From assembly GCF_009914755.1 (NCBI RefSeq), contig NC_060934.1: a DNA stretch of 64,000 bases; one strand, given 5' to 3'. Shown here piece after piece: positions 12,953-25,335 of the stretch (position 1 is its first letter; every line of letters starts with the position of its first letter). The DNA comes from the human T2T-CHM13v2.0 reference genome, Homo sapiens. The notes under the pieces are model-generated. The model saw only the letters and a list, made by a program, of their open reading frames with translations, was not told where the DNA came from and ran no database searches. The position numbers and the translations under genes are program-made.

Positions 12953-13587
12953 TAACTGCATTTGTCTATGACTACAGATTGTATATACTACACAAATAAG
13001 TGATGAAAAGAGAGGGTAAATCTGTTGCAGGATCATGAGGGTACACATGATACAAGCAGAAACCCCTGGATAGAAGGAGGGGAAGCAGAGTTGGGCCCCA
13101 TCACATTTTGCATTTGAGCTCTTCTATTAATAGCCTGAGATTATTATGGCTTTCCAAAAAATTTAAGTCATTTGAATCCATTATTGATCATTGTGTCTGT
13201 GAACAAGCTCCTCATATAGCTAACAATCTTCTTTTTTTAATTGGTGGTTTGAGAGTCATATAATTTAATGACCAACATAGGATTGATAAATTGATTAAAT
13301 CCCTAAAAACAAAACTAAACTCAGACAATCTTCTGCATTTTGACCCAATGTCTACAGTGAGTACAATGTGATACTTAAAAGAATAACTTGATAGCATTCC
13401 ATTATAATCATTACTGCCTAACTTATTCAATGCAGATTCCATAGAAACACACACATGAAATGGTGATTTAATAAAATCACCTGAATTCCTAAAAATTTTT
13501 AAATCTGTTTGAAATGTTAATTCTATAATTAGTTTTATTTCTTATTGTTCTGTTTAACATGTCACATAAACATATTTGTATACTATT

Positions 13588-13697
13588 TATACTCACTGAG
13601 TTTTGAAAGAATAAAAATGAAAAATAATAAAACTGTCAAACATATTTGACAGTTTTATTATTTTTCATTTTTATTCTTCCAAAACTCAGTGAGTATA
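13588..13697. repeat. Near-perfect inverted repeat: 53 bp arms (52/53 match), 4 nt spacer
   Basis: TATACTCACTGAGTTTTGAAAGAATAAAAATGAAAAATAATAAAACTGTCAAA-CATA-TTTGACAGTTTTATTATTTTTCATTTTTATTCTTCCAAAACTCAGTGAGTATA. Confidence 0.97.
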
Positions 13698-16600
13698 CAT
13701 GGTACAGGGAAAATTTGAAATAGAAAAACTCGGTTGAATATCTACAATTTTAAATTATTCTTTGGGTAATAATTTTGTTCATTTTTATTCAAGAAAATAC
13801 AAATCCTTGTTTGTGGGGCTCAGCATCATGATACGTTACACTGTTGGCTTCGTCTTCTCATGTATGACAATCGAGGCCCAAGCAGGAAACAGTTGTTTAT
13901 AAAACTGGGTAACTGAAAAATGAAATTAACGAAGGGAGTGGTACCAAGTTATGTGGGCAGATGGCAGGAAACCCCCACGTGACCTGGAACACAGAGGCAG
14001 TAAATATCAATGCCACAGAGAATGCTGTCATTTTCTGCGAGTGAGGCCTGCTTCCAGGAAAACCGCAGAAAGGAACAGCTTCATTTTTTATAAACTTCAT
14101 ACTAATATTTTGCTTTGAGAGTCATTCCTTAGAAAGTAAATTGCACAATGAACCCAAATTATTTTGTTAGAATGTTGAATCCGTTCAGGCATTTCCCAAA
14201 GAACCTGGAGAAAACTGGCTTCGTAAGGGATTGAGTTCGAAGTTACATCACTAGATCATTTTAAAGCCAATCCTACAGCCATTGTATTGTCAGTTTTGGA
14301 ACCCTAAGCTTACTGGTAAGTTCAGAAAATTGCAAGTCATATTCCAGTCTTCTGGAATTCAGGCATATTTTTGCTTTCTGCATTCAGGTATATTTTTATT
14401 AGTACATTTATGACACAAATCTAATGTTTCGGCTTAAAGCAATACAAATGAGGACAGAACTGAAAGTATGCATTTGAATCTTGAATCCCCTTCTGTTTCT
14501 CGCCCAGTTAATTTTTTTCCTGTGGTGTCTACTTTACAACACAGGGTGCACAGCACACTCAGGGCCCCATCATAACACCCACTCCTGTGAGCCTCTCTTC
14601 CCCCTCCACGGGAAGGATTCAGGCACAGACCTTCGAAGTAATCATTTCCTCAAAAATATTCGCGTCAGCCCCACCGCCCACTTGATGAAAGCCGTCATAG
14701 CAGTGAGTAACATCGGAGCATAACATCGCGTCCTCCGGAAGGCCGAGCACCTGCCAGGTGCTAGCACACATCATAAAAGGGCCGACGGCAACATAAATAA
14801 ATGTCTCTCGGTGGCGGAGCCGAAAAACCTGAAATGCACTTCTGAAGTGAAATGGCCACTTCTGCAAAGAGCGGAAAGGTAGCTGGTAAACGCAGTAGGA
14901 ATACAGGCACAAAGCGTGGTGAGAGACTCGCCCAGCGCTTTCCTCGGTTTCTCCCAGGGCTTCCGCGTCACCAGCTTCTGCCTGCTCTCCTCCCCAACCC
15001 CAGAGTAACATCTTTCACGCAGAGAAAATGAGGGGAGGCAAACTGAGATTGATAAGTGAATGACGATCCTTATGACTATGACTTTAGGCCTAAAAATAAG
15101 GAAGGCCAAGCTTTTCTTCCCATCCAGTCCTAATGGTTCCTTTTGGCCAGCAGTGAACACTTTCTCTGTAGCATTAATGTTCAGTTGACAGAAGGGCTCC
15201 ACGGAGGATGTGTCCTTTAGATCACAGAGATTGGAGAGTGCAAGAGAGGAGGCAAGATGCCTCCCCCAACAAGAAGACACCCATGGCAGATCCTTAAGGT
15301 TGGATGTATCCGCATAAAGTTAGAACCTTCGGACGTAGGCACCCCACGCAGGCCCAGGCCCCGATGGTGAGTGCTGCCTCGGCCTCCAGAGCTTCCCAGG
15401 CTCCAAAGAATTCAGTCAACGGTCCCATTAGCAGTGCATGGAGGCAGCTTATGCTATTTATGGTCAACACCAGCTTAGGTTTGCTCTGTACCCGTGCCTG
15501 TGGCAAAACAGGATGTAGGAAAACTTTATTTTATTTAATCAGAGGTGATGAGCAACTAACCAAAGCATAGTTAAGATCATCCCAACATCGTCCACTCAGA
15601 CCCCCTCCAGGGGCCCATCGTGTTGATTTTCCGAGTTCTCCCCGGGACATGGGCTCTGGGGAGGAGGAGGCCTCATGGGAAAAGTTCCGTTTTCAGCTGA
15701 GCCTTCTGAATAGCAGGAGATGAGCAGACTCAAAGTCACAAAGATGTTCATCTCCAAATACCGTAAGTTTATTATACCACTGATGAGGAGTCCATTTCTC
15801 TCGTGACTAATGTGGATGGCTTTTGCTGAAGTAATTCAAGTTGATCTTTAGAGTTGAGTGTAATCCATTATTTTTTAATGGAAAAGGGTCTCATTAAATA
15901 TTTATTCACTGCCTTATGCAGCAGTGCGTCTTGGAGGTGCTGACGACTCCTGCCTGCTGACCAATGGCTTTTCCACACGTGTCATTAACACGGCCATTAT
16001 GTCACCAAAAATAACACATGGTCAAACTACTGCCTCAGGGAAAGCTGGGGACACTCAGTATCATTGAACTCCCCCAAGTTTAACGAAGGTGGAGATTAAT
16101 ATCATAATTTCCACAGAAAGGTGGAAAGAAATGCAAAACAAGATGGACAGGGACAGTTCTGGCTTCAGTCAATATTCTAGAACTTGGTTCTACTCTTTCT
16201 AGGACTTGTTTTGTTCTAGCTTAAAGATGACATCAAATATTAGTCAACCAATATTTGGGATATAAGCAGAGTGTCTCAAGCTTCACCAGCTAATGGGTGT
16301 GAACATGTTGTTTTATGTTTTCAATTATGTTAATATTTCAAATATTACTTTTCCTGAGTTTCTTTCAATTTGATTAAAGTCCAGTCATTTTCTGGGATTA
16401 TATTCAGAATTGACTTCCATGAATATCCTTGCTGGATGGGCCTGGCTGCCTCCCCACTGTAGCCGCCATTCTCAGGGAAAACGTGAAGTCCACCAATTCA
16501 TATTCTCTGAGTCCTCACACCGGTCCCTAATGTTCCCGCCACATCATCATCATCAAGTCCAGGATTTATCTTTATTTATCTCTTCACTGAGGCAATCGGG

Positions 16601-18011
16601 AAGCCACTTTTTAAGTCAGGCGGAGGTGGGTGGCTCTGTCTTCTATTTATATTCATTCCAAGAGAAACCCAGAGCTAAGCCCTAAAGAGTTAAAAGATGA
16701 AAACAAAGCAAGCGCATATATACACAACTCACTTTGCACTCAAGGAGGACTGGCCCATGCTGTCAGTTATATATTATACAGAGAATCTCCCATTCCCCTG
16801 GAATCTCCAGGGCATGATGTTGCATCAGAACCAGTTGAGACACCTAATCCCTTTAGAATTTTCTGCAAGCAATCCTTTACTGCAAGCTGCACTTGGAAGG
16901 GCTCTGTTCCTGACCATCAGGCATGCATTTATTGCTCTGAACATCAGTGATGGCCCAAATCTGAATTCTATTTTTATTTTTTGGTGGGAATCAGATAGTA
17001 ATGTGATTAAACGTGTGGGAGAGAGCTTGGGTGAGGCTTTGGGGTCCTCATCCAAACCCCAAGTCAGATGCAGGAAACAGTGAGCCTTAACCCATGGAGA
17101 ATCAGCATCTGATAGGCCCCACATGACTTCTGTGTGTACCATGCTGAGCTTTTATTTTTCTTGCTGTTATTAAGGTACGACACTACTTTTTTGTAATTTA
17201 TAGTTTAAGAAAAGTATTTCATTGCATACGACTGTTGTCTAAGACTTTGAATCAGTATTATTAAAAAAGTGACTTAGTACCGTGAGTGGTAACCTAATTG
17301 TCTTGGGAAGCTGAGAAAAGAACAGAGGTGAAACAAATATGTAAAATATGCCCTCTTTGGGGTGCACAAGAAAACCAAAGAATGCCATGACATACTCTCT
17401 ATATAAAGGTTTCAAAGTAGTTCAAATACAGACAAGTGGTGTGAGAACTGAGTGGTCAATAGCGGGGTGCTCTCCCGTGGGACTCCAGAACAAGCTGGTA
17501 ACCCAGGGTCCTCCCTAAGCAGGGGGTCCCATTGCTGGGCTCATCTTGGCACTCACACAGGGGCAACAGCTTGTTAGCATTAAGCCTAGCGGAAAAAATA
17601 CCAGAAAAATGTTGTTGTCAATATGTTTGGTATATTAGGTTGGATAGCAATATCAAATAATTGCATTGCATGAATTAAATCAAGTAACTAGAGGACATTA
17701 AATAAAACTACATAATGTAGGTCAACTCTGATGGGAATTAGGTGATTTTTTTCCATCCCTTTATGAGTGGTTGCTCTATCAATTTGTGCTAGCCTGACCT
17801 GGTGTAAAGTTATGTCTCTAATCTCCAACTTGCTGATCCAAACTAAAACTTGCGAAGGCTGCAGAGCCAACTCTGCTGACATCATACCTCCAGGGAGAGA
17901 TGAGGGGGACATTGTTTTCATTGTGTCTTCCTTAACAGATACGTAAAGCAAAGACAATTAGAACACCTCCCAGGAGGAGCCAAAGGATGTTGTTCATGAA
18001 ATCGTTCTCAA

Positions 18012-18279
18012 GATGACCTCTCAGCCATAGGTGAAACCCAGCATGCGCGCCCCATGAACTCTAATACCAACAGGAAGTGATGACCTCTCAGCCATAGGTG
18101 AAACCCAGCATGCCCACCCCACGAACTCTAATACCAACAGGAAGTGATGACCTCTCAGCCATAGGTGAAACCCAGCATGCACATCCCACGAACTCTAATA
18201 CCAACAGGAAGTGATGACCTCTCAGCCACAGGTGAAACCCAGCATGCCCACCCCACGAACTCTAATACCAACAGGAAGT
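18012..18279. repeat. Minisatellite, 67 bp x 4
   Basis: GATGACCTCTCAGCCATAGGTGAAACCCAGCATGCCCACCCCACGAACTCTAATACCAACAGGAAGT at 18012, 18079, 18146, 18213. Confidence 0.98.
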
Positions 18280-19580
18280 ATGTTCTGAGTTCCCTTCTTC
18301 CATGGTTGTTTAAGCATAGACTTATATACCAATAAATCATTTCCTTAAAGTCTGTTTCTAAAGTGATCTATTATTGTGATTCTACTCCATAACCTCATTA
18401 AAACTATGCAAAATATTCCTTGTTAGATTTAGGTCACAGGTATCCCAATTATATGAAAACATTCTCAATAAAATTTCTGGTATCCATTTTTCTAGTTAAA
18501 TAGCCTTCATTTCACCAAATTACTCCAATGTTGACTGTATGTAGCAATTACGTTTGTGTTGTATATTCAAACATGTGTAGTACCTCACGGTAGCAATTAC
18601 CCATTTCTTTTTAGAGCTCGTAGTTCTTTGTTCTTCACGCATTTCAAGATTATTCCTTCTTCTTCACTTCAAGTAGTTAATTCACTTTTCTTAGAAACCA
18701 GTGAGTACTGAAGATACTGTTTTTCATGCTCACAGCCATTCCACATCTACTTGGAGCTCTATTTGTAAAGTTTAATTAATTCTTTAATCCTGCTGCTGCT
18801 TTTGTTTCATGAGCTAGTATCTCGAACGGTTTTTAAATGGGTGTAAATGTACTCTGCTTTGCTGACACACTTAAGTACCTCTTCTTGGCTGCTCTATGTG
18901 CTACTGACAAATTGAAGACATTACTAGACGAGAAAAAGTAAATAATCATACTTTTCCTGGGAAATCCAAACACATTTTAACATAGCTCTAAAATGTTCAT
19001 ACATCTTGTGTGAAGAGAGTGTAGGAAAAACAATATCCATAATTTATGGGTAAAGTATTTGTGTGACGAGATGGTAAAGCATGTTTTCAAAAGGCAGAAT
19101 TTTTTTCTTTATTCCAGGTTTTTGTTGTTGTTGTCTTAGGTAAACCTCACACCGTTTTCCCATTACGTGTGAAGATAACCTAGTGGTCTCCCGAGGAATG
19201 GGGCTGGGGATTCTGCGGCTGTAGTCAGGACATAGAAGGTGGAGATTTCAGGCACGTGACGCGTGAACCCAGCCAGAGTCAACCTGTGTCTGTGCCCTTT
19301 CTGCAAGGGTCTCTACAGCCACCATCCAAACTACAGCTTCCAGTGGCTGCATGGCCAATCCCACAGACATCATATCTCTAGGGAAGAGACCAGGGGAAAG
19401 TTAGGGGATCCTTCTAAACAAGGGCTTAACTCCACTTCTGTGGTTTTTAGCCATATAATTTACTCTTTTTCTCCCTTTGCTCCCTGCAGGTCCCCCCTTT
19501 TATTCAGAAGTCCCCTCGCCAAGCAGCTTACAAAACTCTCTCTTCGTCTCAGTCACCACAGAACAACATGATTCTGTTGG

Positions 19581-19895
<315 letters not shown>

Positions 19896-19913
19896 CGTGA
19901 TTCTGTTCTTATG

Positions 19914-20283
19914 CCTGACGCCTTCCGTCGGGGGAGCACTCCCACACTCAGTGCTCCTTGCCTTGCCCTGACGCCTTCTGTCTCGGGAGCCCTCCCACAC
20001 CTGGTGCTCCTTGCCTTGCCCTGACACCTTCTGTCCCAGGAGCATTCCCACACCCGGTGCTCCTTGTCTTGATGACTTCTGTCTCAGGAGCCCTCCCACA
20101 CTCAGTGCTCCTTGTCTTGCCCTGATGCCTTCTGTCGGGGGAGCACTCCCACACCCGGTGCTCTTTGTCTTGTCCTGACGCCTTCTGTCCGGGGAGCACT
20201 CCCACACCTGGTGCTCCTTGTCTTGTCCTGACGCCTTCTGTCCGGGGAGCACTCCCACACCCGGTGCTCCTTGTCTTGCCCCT
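19914..20283. repeat. Minisatellite, ~53 bp x 7
   Basis: Unit CCTGACGCCTTCTGTCCGGGGAGCACTCCCACACCYGGTGCTCCTTGTCTTGY (e.g. 20174, 20227). Confidence 0.97.
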
Positions 20284-20481
20284 TCTTCTCAGCAGTACCT
20301 CACCCAGCACATATCCTTTCTGTACTAAAAACGTATGATTTTTCTGCCATTCTTTATTCCTCCTTTCTTGAATAATTAACAAATTGACCACATATGTACT
20401 ATTGTTGGAAAGTAGTAAAATTGGACACATCTAACCTCTCCTTTTTTGCCTTTTAAAATTTTCCTACTGGCTGGTTGGGAA

Positions 20482-20630
20482 TTCATTCATTCACTTATTT
20501 GTTCATTTATTAATCAATCAATCAATACTTATTGATCACTTTTTCTGCACCAGCCACTGTGCTAAGTGAGCAGGAACTCAACATCTAAGCCTATCAAGGG
20601 GGAAGAATGTAAGCTACAGACAGATGACTG
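20482..20630 (-). mobile_element. L2 3' end relic
   Basis: TTCATTCATTCAC...CAATACTTATTGATCAC...CACTGTGCTAAG. Confidence 0.65.
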
Positions 20631-21068
20631 TGTGTTTTCTGGGTATGTGTCCAGGATCACAGACTTTTCTCAAATCTACTCTATAGGGATTGTCAAGGGA
20701 TATATGCTTCCTTTGTTTTTTTTCTTTAGAGCTCCAAACTGTAGACACAGTTTCATGGAACACTTAGCTATTTTTGGTGAATGTGGAGGAAATGGGCCCC
20801 CAGGGAATGAGAGCAGGTAAGAAGGGGGGTGGGGCTTAGTCCCAAGGGACAGAGATTAGAGTGCAGCCTACTTTGCTCTAAGCACCAAACAAATTGGGGA
20901 GCTCTAGACATCTATGGATTCTCTGTGGGCCAAAACAAAGCCCACCTGTTATGTTTCTAGGGCCCAGGATCCAGATGCGTGCAGGTGACTGTCAGTCACA
21001 GAAGCTGAGGCATGAAGAGGAGGAGTGGGAGTGGATTCAATGGTTACAAAGTAAAGTAAAGACGTTTA

Positions 21069-21419
<351 letters not shown>

Positions 21420-21870
21420 CTATGGGTATAATAGTGATGAACAACAAGTGAGACAATAAAACAAATGCAAAAACATCAATCCCAGGTGCTTTTCCAGTGC
21501 CAGCTTCCGGGATTTGGGATCCAAGAGAAGCAACTTATAAAATGAGGATGGCAGACAGGTATGGAGGGGCTTAGAAAACTAAACTCATGCTGATGTGTTT
21601 GATTTGTTACCTTCTGACTTGAAAACAATCCCAGGTCAAGCTCTGAATTAACGGACGTTTTGGACTTCAGGGTTTTTCCGTGTTTTCCTGGTGGGAATTG
21701 CCCAGAGTTGCCTCTTTAGGGATTTCACACATTTCAAAACGGTTTAACCTACCTTTTAACAAGTAATGCTTGTGTGCCCTGACTTATTTTTAAACAATGG
21801 CTTTGACATAAGCTTTATAGGATAATTCTGCTCAACAAAGGGTTCAGGAGCTGGCGCTCTTGGAGCAGGC

Positions 21871-22273
21871 TGTGGGGTGCTCACCGAAGACCCTGGGCCC
21901 CTCAGCGATGGTTACAGTGTACAGCAGCCTGGCCTGCCAGGGCCCAGGTGCAGCGCAGAAGCCAGAAGCCCTTGAGAATTAACAGCCTAACCCGAAGGGA
22001 GCTGGTGCATAATGCTCCCAGCTCCCACAAGCCCCGGAGTGGGCAGATCCCAGCCAAGGGGTCCAAACTGACGTCCGTGGATCTCCAGCCTGGACTGAGG
22101 TCCACTTACTCACAGTGAATACTGGCTTTGGACTGAAGCCAATACTGGCTGTCTCTACTTTCCTGAATAACTCCCTAACTTTTACCAGGATGTCCCAGGG
22201 TCACTTCCCAATAAAAGCCATACCTCACATCTTTGTCTGGGTGTCCACTTTTGGGGTGAACCTGAACTAAGAG
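21871..22273 (+). mobile_element. LTR16-like ERVL solo LTR
   Basis: GCCCTTGAGAATTAACAGCC...CACTTCCCAATAAAAG...TTTTGGGGTGAACCTGAACTAAGA resembles the LTR16 3' end. Confidence 0.7.
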
Positions 22274-23044
22274 AGCCTTCATACTTTATATGAAAGCATA
22301 TTTCTATTAACTTATTGTGTACTGGTCTAAAAAGATAGCCTTCTGTGAATGTTTAGTTTGCTCTATCATTGTCTCATAAATCAACATCACAGGAACCTTA
22401 ATCCTGTCTGCTGTTCTCTCTAAATTCCCTTCATCACAGATTCGTATTTTCTGGATGGACTTCTATTAGGCGATACATTGCTGGCTGGATAGGAAATATC
22501 CTCTTCTATCCCAAGGCACATGATACCAGAAACAGGGAAATCCACCTCTTAGCAGAGTAGGATTCCATTAAAATAGATAAAATATTGACCAAGGTTAGAT
22601 AAGAAGGAAGTCAGGGAAGAAAAATGGAAAGAACCAGTTAGATCTGGGAATTGAGAAGAAAGTGGGGGAGTCCCCCATGTCAATGAGAGAAAAATTCTCC
22701 AAGGATGTGTCTTCTTTGATAAGTTGCTCTGTTGACATTACCAAAGCACGTGAATTTCTGCATAATGTTCTTATCTTAGGCAGGTGGAATGAAGGAAGCT
22801 GGAGTAAATGAGACCAGTGAAGAAGGCACAATTTGCATAGTACATTTTTGTCCAGTGCTCCCCCTTTGCTAGAGAGATATATCACAAAAGTAAGCTGACT
22901 GAATTAGAAAGAGATGGCTTCAAAGCAGAAGGCAATGTCTTCAAGATTAATTAACTAACAATAAAGAAACCTTGTCCACTCCAAAGAATTAATCAATATT
23001 AATCCCTTTTCCTCTTTTTCTTCATTTGCATGATGATACATCCC

Positions 23045-23817
23045 GATACATCAGGACTCTGTAACAAAGTATCACAAACTGGGTGGCTTGAAACCACAGA
23101 AATGTATCATGTCCCAGTTCTGAGGCAGAAGCCCAGCATCAAAGGGTCCACAGGGACATCCTTCCTTTGAAACGCTGGGGAAATCCTTCCTTGCCTCTCC
23201 CAAGCTTCTGGTGGTTTTCTTGCCATCTTTGAAGTTCCTTGGTTTGCAGTTGTATAATTTCAACCTGAGCTTTATTGTCACCTGGGGCTTTCCCATCTGT
23301 CTCTGACTTTCTGTGACTGTCTTTCTTTCTTTTCTCTTTTTTTTTTTTTTTTGAGATGGAGTCTTGCTCTGTCACCCAGGCTGGAGAGCAGTGGTGTGAT
23401 CTCAGCTCACTGCAAGCTCCGCCTCCCATGTTCACGCCATTCTCCTGCTTCAGCCTCCCGAGTTGCTGTGATTACAGGTGCCCGCCACCATGCCTGGCTA
23501 ATTTTTTGTATTTTTAGTAGAGACGAGGTTTCACCATGTTAGCCAGGATGGTCTCGATCTCCTGACCTTGTGATCCACCCGCCTCGGCCTCCCAAAGTGC
23601 TGGGATTACAGGCGTGAGCCACCGCGCCCAGCCTCTGTGGCTGTCTTTCTATGAGACACCAGGCACCTTGGCTTGGGGCCCACCCTGCTCCAACATGAAC
23701 TCAACTTAACCCATCACAACTACCAAGACTCTGTTTCCAAATAAGGTCACACCTGAGGTGCTGGGAGCTGGGACTTCTCAATATCATCTTTGGAGGGATG
23801 CAATTTACCCCATGACA
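23045..23817 (-). mobile_element. MLT1 (MLT1B/C-like) MaLR LTR, interrupted by an AluY
   Basis: TGTAACAAAGTATCACAAACTGGGTGGCTT...TTTCCAAATAAGGTCACA...CAATTTACCCCATGACA. Confidence 0.85.
23327..23633 (-). mobile_element. AluY, antisense, 17 bp TSD
   Basis: Y diagnostics TGCAAGCTCCGCCTCCC-TTCACGCCATTCTCC and TTAGCCAGGATGGTCTCGATCTCC; TSD TCTGTGACTGTCTTTCT (23310-23326) / TCTGTGGCTGTCTTTCT (23634-23650). Confidence 0.96.
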
Positions 23818-24682
23818 GGTGGTGAAGTAGAAGAAATAGATTAGTTTTTTTTGCAAGAGTCATTAACAAGACTCCTGCATTAAATATATGTTTTGACTAT
23901 GACTATTTCTCTATTACTTGAACTTCAAGCCTGTTTTGTCCCATACAATATTTTGACAAATCATTCAAAAATTATTTATCCATTTACATTTGAAATAAAG
24001 CATATTTTAGGTATTTGAATGGAGTTAGAGTTCACATTTTAATAGCATTTTTTCTATACATTTCTGCACTAATAGATATAAATTATGGTTTATAAAATGG
24101 TTTGGGACATGGGGCTACTTTGTACTTCCAAAGACAATGTTGTTTGGCTATTTCTTATTAGATTATTTTCTCCTAAATTTGCTTTTCCCAAAGTCAAGTT
24201 GAAAAGCAATTTCAATTACTTCTTTTTTGCCTTTCTTTCTTCTTTCTTCATCCTTCCTGTTTTCCTTCCTTCCCTCTTTTACTTCTTTTTTTATTTGTTT
24301 TAATCAGATACTTGTTAGTGAAGACATTGTTGTAAGAGTTATCACTGTTATTTTTTAAGCAATAGCTTAGAATTCTTAGAGTATTTCACATTAAGGAATG
24401 CCAGTTCTGCTTTTTCAATAGAAAGTTCTTCACCCTTTCCAAGAAAAATTTGAGGATGTAGAATAAGAACTTACAAGTTATGAAATTTATATAGATGAGT
24501 TTATCTTGGGAATATTTAAAAAGCATTCACTAAACTGTGTGCTATATGCAGGCAGACACAGAGTCCATTTGGTTTTTGTAGTTTTCTATATTTATTACAA
24601 AGAAGATATGACACTTCTGTGATTAAAACAATTAAATCTCTTTTAATATTCTCTGGTAAATATTTAGCTCAGAAACCTTAAC

Positions 24683-24786
24683 TTTTCAACTAATTTAATT
24701 TTTCAACTAATATTAAAATTAATTAATTTTTCAACCAATATTATTTTTTCAACTAATATTAACCTTAATTTTTCAACTAATATTAA
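24683..24786. repeat. AT-rich irregular tandem repeat, core TTTTCAACTAAT x ~5
   Basis: Core recurs five times with variable AT spacers. Confidence 0.85.
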
Positions 24787-25149
24787 AAAATGTTTATAAT
24801 TAGAGAGCTGTGTCTTTTATTATTTGAAAATCCCAATTTATTATTTTTTTTGCTTCCTTGTAATTAAATTATCAGGTAAATGCTAGTCCTTAAATGTCTG
24901 TCCTGATTCCCTGCCTTATTGAATTGAACTAAATGGACTCATTTTTTGCTTCCGTCGGCTGTAGTGATGATTTCCTGATATTTGCAGATGACACAACTCA
25001 GGAAGATTTGCAAGGGGCATTCCTTGTTGCTTATGACCAAGTAAGTGATGTTCCACAGGAAGCAGTGTTGTTTTCTATTTGTTGTACATCTAAACTTTTG
25101 CTAGAGCGTGGCTGCCTCATGTCTGGCACAGGTGTGTTGTGACGGCTGA

Positions 25150-25335
25150 GAAGGTGGCTCTGGAGCCAAGAGGATGGGGCTGGAATCCTAGTTCTACCAT
25201 TTACTCATGGAAGGACTTTCAGCCAGGCACCCAACCTCCGTGCCTCAGCTCCCTGCTCTGAAAATGAGGCTGCAGACATGTGGATTCATGAGGCTTTCAT
25301 GAGAATTCAGTCAGGATACAACATATCATGGAAAA
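25150..25335 (+). mobile_element. MIR SINE
   Basis: GCTCTGGAGCCAAG...GAATCCTAGTTCTACCATTTACT...GCCTCAGCTCCCTGCTCTGAAAATG. Confidence 0.75.
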
